Of a stretch of DNA of 64,000 nucleotides, positions 52,802-62,227 are shown piece after piece. The stretch's first letter is position 1; every line of letters begins with the position of its first letter. The notes beneath the pieces are model-generated. The model made no database searches. It was not told the origin of the DNA and worked only from the letters and a program-made list of their open reading frames with translations. The stretch covers positions 2,478 to 66,477 of the forward strand of contig CAMDCX010000005.1 in assembly GCA_945890715.1 (NCBI GenBank), written 5' to 3'. Made by a program: the position numbers and the translations under genes. Source of the DNA: PVC group bacterium (GTDB taxonomy: Bacteria > Verrucomicrobiota > Kiritimatiellia > CAIKKV01 > CAITUY01).

Positions 52802-54031
52802 ATGATTCATTTTTTTAATATCAAATTGTCTCAAGCCCGCGCCCTAATTCGCAAGCTGTGGGGCTATCCATTTATTCGCAATGTGTATGGGGTCGATTGC
52901 GGGGAGGGGCGCCCCCGCTGCCTTCTGGTGTATTTGTCCGTCCCTTTTACGAGGTCGTCGAATCATCCTTCATTTCTGACGCATCAAAATCTCAGTCGGG
53001 CTAAGATGATGGCGTCGGTCTTGAATACGTCAGGGTATGTCGTTGATGTTGCCGATGTGCGCAGCGCGCATCTGCCGCGATCGTGTGGGGTTTACGATCT
53101 GATTGTGACGCACCAGTCCTCGCTCCAGTTTCTGGAGGGGCATTTTGACGATCATTCGGTGGTGGTTTATTTAGCCACGGGGCTACCCCATGCCGAGCAG
53201 AATCGCCGGGTCAAGGATCGGCTTGCTGCGCTAGAAAAACGTCGGCACTGTCTTCTGCCGATGGTGGCGGTTGCCGATGAAGTGATGAGTGTGCTTGCGC
53301 GTGCCGATGCAATCACAGGGACTGGCAGCTTTGCAGGAAAGACGGCGTGGGAGAGTGTTTTTTGTGGCCCGGTTCATCTGTTTAATAATCATGGGTTTGG
53401 ATGGATCCGACCCGCTGAGGTCATGGACGATGACTCCGGGCGACATTTTCTTTTTCTGGGAAGTGTCAATCAGGTGTTGAAAGGACTTGATCAACTGTTG
53501 GACACATTCTCCCAATTGCCGGACTTCCATCTGCACATTGCCGGCTACTATGAAAAGGAATATGATTTTTGTGCCTGCTACAAGCAAGAACTTTATCAGA
53601 CACCGAACATTCATGGGCATGGGTACATTGTGATTGGATCACCCCAGTGGGATGCGCTGGTGCGGCGCTGTGCCTTCGTCATCCTCCCCAGTTGCAGTGA
53701 AGGACAGGCTGGGGCTGTTGTTCAAGCCATGCATGCGGGGTTGATTCCCGTGGTGACGCCCGGTGTGGGCATCGATGCAGGGGCGTTCGGGGTGATGCTG
53801 CCGGAGGATCCGTTTCCGGTACTGGGGGAAACCGTGGTTCGTTTGGGGTTGATGCCGCCAGAGGCGTTGCAGAAGCTTCGGAAGGCGACCTTGACGGCGG
53901 CACACGAACAGTATAGTGAAGCCTCTTTTTCGAGGCGGTGGCGAGAAATTGTGGACCTGGTCAAGGACCGCGGACGCGTCGGGGTGTGTGACAGGTCCGG
54001 GAGCCGGACTGGTGCGAGGGGTTCATGCTGA
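52802..54031 (+). CDS. GT-B fold glycosyltransferase-like protein
   Basis: The ATG at 52802 lies one nt after the upstream stop. Contains ...FLFLGSVNQVLKGLDQLL... and ...LPSCSEGQAGAVVQAMHAGLIPVVT.... Confidence 0.55.
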   Translation: MIHFFNIKLSQARALIRKLWGYPFIRNVYGVDCGEGRPRCLLVYLSVPFTRSSNHPSFLTHQNLSRAKMMASVLNTSGYVVDVADVRSAHLPRSCGVYDLIVTHQSSLQFLEGHFDDHSVVVYLATGLPHAEQNRRVKDRLAALEKRRHCLLPMVAVADEVMSVLARADAITGTGSFAGKTAWESVFCGPVHLFNNHGFGWIRPAEVMDDDSGRHFLFLGSVNQVLKGLDQLLDTFSQLPDFHLHIAGYYEKEYDFCACYKQELYQTPNIHGHGYIVIGSPQWDALVRRCAFVILPSCSEGQAGAVVQAMHAGLIPVVTPGVGIDAGAFGVMLPEDPFPVLGETVVRLGLMPPEALQKLRKATLTAAHEQYSEASFSRRWREIVDLVKDRGRVGVCDRSGSRTGARGSC

Positions 54032-55503
54032 ACATTAATCGATATTTACCGTGGATTGGGTTCACGGTTATTGCCGGAACCGTTGTGATCGGGGCGGGTA
54101 TGGGGACGTTTCTAACCCCATTGATCGTGCTGTGTCTGGCGGGCGTGCTCATCATGCTGCTCCCGCATTCGCGATCGCTACTCATGGGGACTCTAATCCT
54201 CTTGGCGAGTGAAGTGACATTACCGTTTCTTTCTGAAAACATGTCCTTCTACATGGTGGCCGGGGCGTTGATGTGGGCGTCTGTGTCATTGCAGGCGGTG
54301 TTGAGTCGCGGTCGGCCGCTCACGGCCGATGAAAAAAAGATTTGCTTCTGGGTGGTGGGTTTTATTGTGGTTTTGGTCATGACGGCTTCATTGCGCGGGT
54401 CGGGGTTCCGGTTTCTGAATAGCGAGAAGTGGGGGGGGCGACCTTACCTCCTCCTTCTGTTCGCTGCGATCACGTTGTTGTTTTCCATGCGGGTCTCGTT
54501 GACGGCGACGCAGTGCCGGCGTACGGTGATGGGGTATTGCCTTGCGGGATTAATCCCGTCCTTCGCCGCCATTGCCATGCATTATGGCGGCGTCGACTTT
54601 TTCGCCAAGTTCGTGGGGCAGGGGGAAGACGCCGCCAAAATGGTGTATGGTCTTGCGGGGACGGGCGATCCCATGTTTCGTTTGCAGGTGGCCAATGTGG
54701 GCGCCACTTATATGTTTTTGATGATGTGGATGGTTGTGTATTCCAAAAATTTCACCAGTCATGTGACCATGGCGATGTGTGGTCTGGCGGGGCTTCTGCT
54801 GACCGGAATTTCAGGGCACCGAATTTCTTTACTCTATGGTGTTGTCTTGAGCGTCGCATTTTGTTTGCTGAACGTGCGGGTTCCTCTCCGGAAGAGGATC
54901 ATCAACTGGTATTCGGCTTCTTTCATGGTCGTGATCGTGTCCCTGATCCTTCTGGCGCCCCACCTCCCTTATACCTATCAGCGCAGTCTGTCCTGGCTTC
55001 CGTATGTTGATCTGGCGTCGCATTCTCAGGCCGATGCGGACGTGACGGCGGCATGGCGAATCGAGGTGTGGAAAAGGGCGTTGGATCATGCCTCGCAGTA
55101 TCTTGTGCTGGGCAAGGGGTTTGCCTTTTCCAGGGAGGAAATGCTCAGCTATGTCCAGTGGACCATGAATGACTATAATTTCGTTTTGACCTCGCATAAT
55201 TATCACAATGGATTGATTCACATTCTGATCGACCTTGGGTTGCCGGGTTTGTTGTTTGCTATCGGGTTTGTTGGAGTTGTTCTGAAACAGCATTATGTCT
55301 TGCTGAAGCACCCTTGGATCCATCCTTTTTTGGGGCATTTGCACAGGGTTATGCTGGCTGGATTTGTAGCACAGATCGTCGTGTATGTGGCCGTGGGCGG
55401 AGGAGCCACGACTTTTGTGCGTCTGTTTTTCTGGACCATCATGCTGGAACAGTTGAGGAAAGCGGATCTTTGCATCGCGCCTGAAGCGAAGGTGGCCTCT
55501 TGA
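54025..55503 (+). CDS. O-antigen polymerase/ligase-like (Wzy-type) membrane protein
   Basis: 492 aa with more than 10 TM segments and a large periplasmic-type loop containing ...SHNYHNGLIHILIDLGLPG..., typical of the Wzy_C family. Confidence 0.65.
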   Translation: MLNINRYLPWIGFTVIAGTVVIGAGMGTFLTPLIVLCLAGVLIMLLPHSRSLLMGTLILLASEVTLPFLSENMSFYMVAGALMWASVSLQAVLSRGRPLTADEKKICFWVVGFIVVLVMTASLRGSGFRFLNSEKWGGRPYLLLLFAAITLLFSMRVSLTATQCRRTVMGYCLAGLIPSFAAIAMHYGGVDFFAKFVGQGEDAAKMVYGLAGTGDPMFRLQVANVGATYMFLMMWMVVYSKNFTSHVTMAMCGLAGLLLTGISGHRISLLYGVVLSVAFCLLNVRVPLRKRIINWYSASFMVVIVSLILLAPHLPYTYQRSLSWLPYVDLASHSQADADVTAAWRIEVWKRALDHASQYLVLGKGFAFSREEMLSYVQWTMNDYNFVLTSHNYHNGLIHILIDLGLPGLLFAIGFVGVVLKQHYVLLKHPWIHPFLGHLHRVMLAGFVAQIVVYVAVGGGATTFVRLFFWTIMLEQLRKADLCIAPEAKVAS

Positions 55504-55519
55504 ACCGGGGCCCGCGAAC

Positions 55520-56365
55520 ATGAGGGTTTCGATCATTACTCCCTGCCTGAATGCTCGTGGCGATTTGCCCCTTGCCGCTGCGTCTTTGACGGATCAGAAG
55601 GGTGTCGTGGTCGAGCATATTGTGGCCGATGGCGGCTCCTCGGACGGGACTCTGGCGTGGTTGGAATCTTACCCCGGAATCCGCTGGTTCAGTGGATCGG
55701 ATCGAGGGATGTATGACGCCCTTAACAAGGGGCTGGCGATGGCGGGTGGGGACATCTTGGGGTACCTTAATTGTGATGAGCAGTATCTTCCGGGCGCCTT
55801 GTCAACCGTCGTTTCTTTTTTTGATGAGCATCCTGATGTGGATTTGGTTTATGGCAATATGCTGGTGGTCGGGCGGGATGGCCGGTTGTTGGCGTTTCGA
55901 AAATCCTATCCTCTTCGGTTGCCTTATGTTCTGGCATCCCATCTTTATGTTCCGAGTTGTGCCCTGTTTTGGCGTCGCAGGATCGTTGATTCGGGACTTC
56001 AGTTTGATCCGAGCTGGCGGGCTCAGGGCGATGCGGATTTTATTGTGAGAGTCATGCAGTCCGGGTTCAGGACCATGCATTTACCCCGTTATCTGGCGGC
56101 GTTCACAATGGGGCATGACAACTTGGGCAACAGACCCGTCGCCCGGAGTGAAATGGTGCGGGCCAGGCGTGCGGCGTCTCGGTGGATACGATGGTTTCGG
56201 TGGGGGTGGAACGGGGCGCGTCTGGTTGAGAAGGCGGTTGCCGGAGCCTACCGCGAGCGGTTCCCCTTGGACTATGCGATCTTTACTCATGAGCGGGCGG
56301 GGGCTAGAACGTCATTTTCAGCGCGTGCGGGGACATCCCGCTGGCCTATGCCGGGAACGGAGTGA
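55520..56365 (+). CDS. GT2 glycosyltransferase
   Basis: Contains MRVSIITPCLN, ...VADGGSSDGT... and ...LNCDEQY... (a DxD-like motif). Confidence 0.8.
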   Translation: MRVSIITPCLNARGDLPLAAASLTDQKGVVVEHIVADGGSSDGTLAWLESYPGIRWFSGSDRGMYDALNKGLAMAGGDILGYLNCDEQYLPGALSTVVSFFDEHPDVDLVYGNMLVVGRDGRLLAFRKSYPLRLPYVLASHLYVPSCALFWRRRIVDSGLQFDPSWRAQGDADFIVRVMQSGFRTMHLPRYLAAFTMGHDNLGNRPVARSEMVRARRAASRWIRWFRWGWNGARLVEKAVAGAYRERFPLDYAIFTHERAGARTSFSARAGTSRWPMPGTE

Positions 56366-56375
56366 ACGGCACGAT

Positions 56376-57566
56376 ATGCGTATCCTTTCGGTTCATAACT
56401 ATTACGCGCAGCCCGGGGGGGAAGACCGGGTCTTTGAGTCGGAGGCCTCCCTTCTGGAGTCGCACGGGCACGAGGTGATCCGCTTTGTTCGTCATAACTC
56501 GAGTCTGGCGGGAGTGTCCCGTGCCGGGGTTTTCATGAATGCGTTGTGGAGCCGGAAGGTCGCCTCCGAGTTGACGCAGGTTGTGGCGGATCGAAAACCG
56601 GATGTGGCCCATGTCCACAATGTCTTCTCGGTCTTATCGCCCGTGGTTTACCACGTTTTTCGGCGGGCGGGCATCCCGGTGGTTCAGACCCTGCATAACT
56701 ATCGCCTGGCATGTCCAGCTGCGCGGTTGAGAAGGGCGGGACGGTTTTGTGACCAGTGCCGGGGACGCATGATGGCCTGGCCCGCCATTCGCCACCGGTG
56801 TTACCAGTCGAGCCTATCCTCGTCTGCCGCCCTTTCTGCGATTCTCGCCTTCCACCGATTGATTGGAACGTGGACTCGGGGTGTGGATCTCTATATTGCA
56901 CCGAGCGAATTCCTGAGAAAGCAAATGATTCCCGCAGGGGTGCCTACCGGGCGGGTTGTGGTTAAACCCCATTATGTTCCCGATCCTGGCGGCGAGGCCG
57001 GGAGGGGTCAAGGGGGGGGGGCTCTGTATTTAGGGAGACTCGAGGCAGAAAAGGGCGTTTTGGAGTTGCTGGATGCTTGGCGGCTGCTTCCGGGATATCC
57101 ACTGGATCTCGTGGGCGAGGGACCGCTGGAATCTGTGATTCGCGGTCGCTTGCGTGATCCCGCCCTGAGTCATGTGTCATTGTCAGGGTGGGCGGCGCGC
57201 GAGGATGTTGACGTGCGTCTGGCCAAGGCTCGGCTGGTCGTGGTGCCCTCGGTGGGGGATGAGAGTTTCGGGTTGCCGGTGATTGAGGCCTTTTCGTACG
57301 GGGTGCCGGCGATTGTATCGCAAGCGGGGGCTTTGCCGGAGCTGGTGACGGATGGTGTCAACGGGGTGGTGGCCGATCCCGGCAATGCCCTGAAGTGGGC
57401 GGCAGCGGTCCGGTGCATTTTCGACGACGCCGGGATCCGGAGCCGGATGTCGCGCGAAGCCCGGTCGACCTATCTTCAACGATACAGTCCCGACATCGGC
57501 TACCGGAATCTGCTCGCGGTCTATGGGCAGGTGCGCCGGATGGGCCGCTTTCCTTCTGAGGAGTGA
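56376..57566 (+). CDS. GT4 glycosyltransferase (WbuB-like)
   Basis: The ATG at 56376 (MRILSVHNYYAQPGGEDRVF...). Contains ...VPSVGDESFGLPVIEAFSYGVPAIVS.... It also carries a G10 tract at 57012-57021. Confidence 0.8.
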   Translation: MRILSVHNYYAQPGGEDRVFESEASLLESHGHEVIRFVRHNSSLAGVSRAGVFMNALWSRKVASELTQVVADRKPDVAHVHNVFSVLSPVVYHVFRRAGIPVVQTLHNYRLACPAARLRRAGRFCDQCRGRMMAWPAIRHRCYQSSLSSSAALSAILAFHRLIGTWTRGVDLYIAPSEFLRKQMIPAGVPTGRVVVKPHYVPDPGGEAGRGQGGGALYLGRLEAEKGVLELLDAWRLLPGYPLDLVGEGPLESVIRGRLRDPALSHVSLSGWAAREDVDVRLAKARLVVVPSVGDESFGLPVIEAFSYGVPAIVSQAGALPELVTDGVNGVVADPGNALKWAAAVRCIFDDAGIRSRMSREARSTYLQRYSPDIGYRNLLAVYGQVRRMGRFPSEE

Positions 57567-58357
57567 GTATGGAAAAGCGAGGTTCACGAGAAAGTCTGTC
57601 TCGTTTCCGTGTGCTGAACACGGGAATCAGCGCGGTAACCCTACGGGGGGCGGTGTCCACGATTAGCGGCTGGACTGCCTCCAGACAGCGCGAGTATGTA
57701 AATGTCTGTAATGCGGATGTGGTGCTTCAGGCGTATGATGATCCCCGGCTTGCGGAGATTATCAACACGTCTGGAATGGCGGTGCCTGATGGCATGCCTT
57801 TGGTTTGGATGGGGCGATGGCGTGGCCTTCCCGTAGGGCGGGTGTATGGGCCTGATCTGATGCTGGCTCTCTGCGAACAGGGACTCCAGGCGGGATGGAC
57901 GCATTATTTCTACGGGGGTACGCCGGAGGTTCTGGAAGCTCTTACCCGGAAACTGACAGGGCGATGTCCGGGGTTGCAGATCGCGGGAAGCTGGGCGCCT
58001 CCGTTCCGACCTCTGACACCTGGGGAAGAGGCCGACGTCGAGGCGAGGATCAATGCCGCCCATCCAGACGTGGTATGGGTCGGCATCGGCACGCCCAAGC
58101 AGGATTTCTGGATGGCCCGTTTCCGTCCGAGGCTCGCGGCTCCCGTGTTGATTGCTGTTGGTGCGGCCTTCAATTTCCATGCGGGTCACATACATCAGGC
58201 TCCGCGGTGGATGATGTGGTGCGGGTTGGAGTGGCTGTTCCGTCTTGCCATGGAACCTGCCCGACTCTGGCGCCGTTACCTGATTGGTATTCCACGGTTT
58301 GTCTGGCTCGTGGCCCGCCAATCTTTCGGGTCTCATGCCCGGGAAAAATCAGCGTGA
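57563..58357 (+). CDS. WecB/TagA/CpsF-family glycosyltransferase (GT26)
   Basis: Contains ...NADVVLQAYDD...MAVPDGMPLVW... and ...GIGTPKQDFWM...LIAVGAAFNFHAG..., the family signatures. The start is either GTG 57563 or ATG 57569. Confidence 0.85.
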   Translation: MSMEKRGSRESLSRFRVLNTGISAVTLRGAVSTISGWTASRQREYVNVCNADVVLQAYDDPRLAEIINTSGMAVPDGMPLVWMGRWRGLPVGRVYGPDLMLALCEQGLQAGWTHYFYGGTPEVLEALTRKLTGRCPGLQIAGSWAPPFRPLTPGEEADVEARINAAHPDVVWVGIGTPKQDFWMARFRPRLAAPVLIAVGAAFNFHAGHIHQAPRWMMWCGLEWLFRLAMEPARLWRRYLIGIPRFVWLVARQSFGSHAREKSA

Positions 58358-60009
58358 TGCGCACACAGAAACCAAGATACATTCGTATTGACCGCGTCAG
58401 CGGAATCCGGCTGGCGTTGCTGGTCATCATCGCCATAACGGTTATTGTAGCCACGGCAAACTCTTCGAGCGTATTTCATGAGTATTTGCCTGGAGCATCA
58501 TTCCGTCAGGTCATGGGAGCGCTTCGGGATTGGCGCTGGCTCCTGCTGATTCCAATTCTGACGTGTTTTAACCTTGCTGCACGCTATCTCAAATGGGCAT
58601 TTTTGTTGCGAACTTTTGGCTTGCTTGCGCCAAGCAGGGAAATTCTAAGGGCTTATCTGGTTTCGTTTACAGGCAACGTCGTCCCGTTCTATGTCGCCTA
58701 TTTAGTGAGATTAGTACCTCTCTCCCGAGGCTTAGGACGAGGTCTCGTTGTTCTTGTGCTGGATCTCGGATTGGATGCTCTGGCCATCATCGTGGTCGGG
58801 CTGTCCGGGTCCTGGCGGGAGCTTTTCATGTTGATCGGCCTCGGTCTGGTTCTGGCGGTCCTGCTTGCGCAGGCTCCCCGCAGCACCCGGGTGTGTGCTG
58901 CTGGACCTGTTTGCATTTTCGGTCGTGTTCTGTTTGCCGCGATTTGCGGGGTTATCATCTGGTGGATCACGGCATTGGTGCTGGGGTGTTCCTTGAAGGC
59001 CTTCGGAGGTGATGTCGACTGGTCGCGGTCCGTTCAGTGTTTTGCGTTAAGCCAGCAGGCCGGAGTGGCCTTGTCTCCTTTTGCCGGCATCACGAGTGTG
59101 GGGCGGGAATTAATTGAATTGTTGATCAGGGACGGTTTCCCGGTGCTGATCGCGGTCGGATCGACAATCGCGCTCAGGGTGTGGACGTTTTGGTTGACAC
59201 TGGGTGTTGCCGTGACGGTTTTGCTGGCATGGCGACGGATGGGAGCCGTCGGACAGGAGGAAGCTGCCCGGTTTGATGCCGTGGCTTCCCGTTATCAGGA
59301 TGATATGCCTGAGCATATGCGCTTGCGTTATCTGGAGAAAAAAATCGGACTGAACAAGCGCTATCTGCCTCTGCCCGGGTTCGCCAAGGGGCTAGATGCG
59401 GGGTGCGGCCAAGGCTGGTACGCGAGTGCGATGACCCGTTCTGGATATGTCATGACGGGGCTGGATTATTCCTCGGAGCAGCTCAAGTTGGCCGTGGCGT
59501 CCGCTCTGCCTGAGATGGATGGACGTTTCGTATTGGGGAATATCACGAATCTCCCGTTTCCCTCTGGCTCCTTTGATTTCGTGTATACTATAAATACCCT
59601 TCATCACCTTTCTTCAGTGAGCGAGCAAAGGGCCGCGTTCATGGAGATTCATCGGGTCCTGAGACCGGGAGGTCGGGCTATCATTCATGAAATGAATATC
59701 CGGAATCCGCTGTTCCGGCTCTATTTGAGTTACGTGTTCCCCTTGATTAAAGCGATTGATGAGGGAACAGAAGTCTGGATGAAAGGTGATGAGCCTTCCT
59801 TGATGCAGGGGTTTCGCGTCCTTAAGAAGGAATACCAGACGCTGTTGCCGGATATTACGCCCCGGTGCCTGCTGTCATGGCTCGCTCCTCTGGAATCCCG
59901 GTTCGAGGTTAATCGTATATGGCGTCACTGGACCGCACACATCACCTACGTTCTTGAAAAAGAACCCAAACTTGAGGAGTCTTGCCCGCCTTGCCAGCAG
60001 GCTCATTGA
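58357..60009 (+). CDS. Fusion protein: UPF0104 flippase-like membrane domain plus class I SAM methyltransferase
   Basis: The start was re-set to the ATG at 58357 (TGATG overlap). The N-terminal ~300 aa are polytopic. The C-terminal part contains GLDAGCGQGWY, ...FDFVYTINTLHHL and LRPGGRAIIHE (Methyltransf_11-like). Confidence 0.7.
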   Translation: MRTQKPRYIRIDRVSGIRLALLVIIAITVIVATANSSSVFHEYLPGASFRQVMGALRDWRWLLLIPILTCFNLAARYLKWAFLLRTFGLLAPSREILRAYLVSFTGNVVPFYVAYLVRLVPLSRGLGRGLVVLVLDLGLDALAIIVVGLSGSWRELFMLIGLGLVLAVLLAQAPRSTRVCAAGPVCIFGRVLFAAICGVIIWWITALVLGCSLKAFGGDVDWSRSVQCFALSQQAGVALSPFAGITSVGRELIELLIRDGFPVLIAVGSTIALRVWTFWLTLGVAVTVLLAWRRMGAVGQEEAARFDAVASRYQDDMPEHMRLRYLEKKIGLNKRYLPLPGFAKGLDAGCGQGWYASAMTRSGYVMTGLDYSSEQLKLAVASALPEMDGRFVLGNITNLPFPSGSFDFVYTINTLHHLSSVSEQRAAFMEIHRVLRPGGRAIIHEMNIRNPLFRLYLSYVFPLIKAIDEGTEVWMKGDEPSLMQGFRVLKKEYQTLLPDITPRCLLSWLAPLESRFEVNRIWRHWTAHITYVLEKEPKLEESCPPCQQAH

Positions 60010-60010
60010 C

Positions 60011-61240
60011 TCAAGGTAATGTTGCGCGAGGCGGGGTCTTCCATTTCTGCAATAGGATGCATATGCCGGCAGATGCCAGGATAACGAGGAGGATGTCCAT
60101 GGGGAGCCGGAATCGAATCCGGGTGAAAAACAAGGCAGAAAAAAAGCCGTTCAGGCAATACAGGTACAAGGTGTATCGCTCGAGCTTGTTAAAAGGATAC
60201 CGCCCCCAGAGTACAATGCGCAGGAGAGCGGCACCCAGCAGGGTGCCATAGGTGATCAGCATGATGAGGTCACGGGTGGGCGATGATTCTGACTGGACGG
60301 CCAATTTGTTTCTGAAATTGTAGTAGTTAGCGGCTTTTGCGAGATAGAGGGTAAATGCCTCGCCGGGGTGTGTCCGGATGAAGTCGAGCGCAGTGTCCCG
60401 GTAATACTTGTCCGCTTCAATTTCGTCTAGGTCCTTTGCTGCCAGAAGGTGCTTGGTGAGACCGACCGTGACGCCCGAGTTAGGGGTGGCTTCTTCGTTG
60501 TTCCCTGTTAGGAGGCTGATGCCGTTGTTGGTCGACACAGGAATAAAGTGACCGAAAACTATGGCGTTCCGGGCAATCCACGGGGATAGGAGCAGGAGGG
60601 CGCCAAGTGTCATGGCGGCCGTATTCAGGATCCATTCTCGGCGTGGAGTGTGCCATGCGAAAAAGAGCGGAGTGAAAAGAAGGGTGAAAGCGAATGTGGG
60701 GACGAGTAAAATAGCGATACTTAGCAGTATGCCGGAATACAGGAATCGTCGAACCCCAGGGGCTGGTACGGAAAAGAGGATCAGGACGACCGCCATGAGC
60801 AAGGCGGCGGCGGGGATCTGGGGATAGAACGTGCTGGCGGTGTAGAGAAGCACGGGGTAGCCCATTACCAGCAGTACGGCTATTTGAGCCTGTGTGACAT
60901 TGGATTTCCGGAGTAGCAGGTAGAGGAACGCCATACAGGCCAGAAGGCTGAGGGCATTGGCCATTCTCAGCGTGGTGACTGGGAGCCCCAGCTTCATCCC
61001 TGCAGCCAGCAGAAGCGGGTAGGCTGGCGGACGGTAAGCGGTTGGGGTAGAGCCATTGAGGGTATAGTGGCCACTGGATGCAAGGTGTTCCGCCAGCCGG
61101 AGATATTCAGCTTCATCGGGATAACGGATCGTATTGCCAACGCTATATGTGTATAGTTGATTGAAAAGCGTAAAAAGGGTCACAAGTATTCCCAAAACAA
61201 GGGAAGATTTATGTTGAAGCAATCCGGTGATCAAATTCAT
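60011..61240 (-). CDS. GT39/ArnT/PMT-like polytopic glycosyltransferase
   Basis: The start was re-set to the ATG at 61240 (MNLITGLL...). Contains the early loop motif ...YPDEAEYLRLAEHLASSGHYT..., followed by about 10 TM segments, as in ArnT/PMT_2-family enzymes. Confidence 0.65.
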   Translation of the reverse strand: MNLITGLLQHKSSLVLGILVTLFTLFNQLYTYSVGNTIRYPDEAEYLRLAEHLASSGHYTLNGSTPTAYRPPAYPLLLAAGMKLGLPVTTLRMANALSLLACMAFLYLLLRKSNVTQAQIAVLLVMGYPVLLYTASTFYPQIPAAALLMAVVLILFSVPAPGVRRFLYSGILLSIAILLVPTFAFTLLFTPLFFAWHTPRREWILNTAAMTLGALLLLSPWIARNAIVFGHFIPVSTNNGISLLTGNNEEATPNSGVTVGLTKHLLAAKDLDEIEADKYYRDTALDFIRTHPGEAFTLYLAKAANYYNFRNKLAVQSESSPTRDLIMLITYGTLLGAALLRIVLWGRYPFNKLERYTLYLYCLNGFFSALFFTRIRFRLPMDILLVILASAGICILLQKWKTPPRATLP

Positions 61241-61300
61241 TATTATTAATAGTTGTCCAATTGCGTGTCGGTTGTCAATAGAGCGTGTATTGTTTGTCGT

Positions 61301-62227
61301 ATGTGCATGAGAAAGCGTGAGGCCATAACGGGTGCGGTCGTGTGGGGACTCGTCATGACGGGGCTCGTCTATCTGTTTGGCGTTCAAGGGAACAACGAGG
61401 AGACGGTGAGCCAGGGACGATCCGCCATCGGATGGATGATCGGGCGGTGGAACTGGGCCGGGGCGGACATGTCTCATGGGTGGTTGATTCCCCTGGTCAG
61501 TCTCTCGATGGTCTGGACAAGCCGTGACGAGCTCAGCCGGGTTCCGAAATGCCTGAGTTGGGGCGGGTTCTGTGTCGTTGTGGCGGCGCTGGTGCTGTAT
61601 CTTGCAGGCTTGCGCGTGCAGCAAACCCGCATTGTTCTGATTGCGCTGATCATCCTGATGTGGGGAATCCCGTTTTTCCTGTATGGGCGGGCGGTCGCGC
61701 GGTGGTTGGCTTTTCCCTGTGCCTATCTTGTGTTCTGCATTCCGATGACCTTTTTGGATTCCCTGACGTTTCCTTTGAGGCTTGTGAGCTCCTCGATGTC
61801 AGAGTCCCTGCTGAATGGGCTGGGCATTGCCGTGACACGGGTTGGGACCGCCATGCATATCCATGCGGGAGGTGGATTTTCTTTGGATGTGGCACATCCT
61901 TGCAGCGGACTACGTTACCTTTTGGCCATGGTTGCGCTGACCACGGCCTATGCTTATTTTACCCAGACATCACCCTTGAAACGGCTGGTATTATCGGTTT
62001 CCGCGGTTCCCTTGGCCATGGCGGGGAACATTTCCCGGATTACGCTGATTGCCATCGTCGGGGTTGTGTTCGGCGAGGATGTTGCGGTTGGTTTTTATCA
62101 TGACTATTCTGGCTATGTCGTGTTTGGCGTGGCAACACTGCTGATGATCGGTGTGGGGACGCTGTTGAGCCGGTTTCATCCGGCTAGGTGTTCGGAGGGG
62201 AAGGATACTGTCGCCAATGAGGAATGA
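61301..62227 (+). CDS. Exosortase (XrtA/EpsH family)
   Basis: Polytopic. Contains ...MSHGWLIPL..., the catalytic-type Cys in ...DVAHPCSGLRYLL... and the Arg in ...AGNISRITLI.... The start is uncertain (TTG 61253, ATG 61301 or 61307). Confidence 0.8.
   Translation: MCMRKREAITGAVVWGLVMTGLVYLFGVQGNNEETVSQGRSAIGWMIGRWNWAGADMSHGWLIPLVSLSMVWTSRDELSRVPKCLSWGGFCVVVAALVLYLAGLRVQQTRIVLIALIILMWGIPFFLYGRAVARWLAFPCAYLVFCIPMTFLDSLTFPLRLVSSSMSESLLNGLGIAVTRVGTAMHIHAGGGFSLDVAHPCSGLRYLLAMVALTTAYAYFTQTSPLKRLVLSVSAVPLAMAGNISRITLIAIVGVVFGEDVAVGFYHDYSGYVVFGVATLLMIGVGTLLSRFHPARCSEGKDTVANEE

Noticed and set aside
57895-58356. ORF-track N-terminal extensions occur at 57895..60009, 60011..61624 (above 61240), 39252..40025 (above 39821), 32425..33084 (above 32925) and 56115..57566 (before 56376).
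   Set aside because: The extensions overlap neighbouring well-supported genes in other frames and are Arg/Pro-rich. Internal ATG codons placed at or next to the upstream stop give products that begin with family-typical N-termini.
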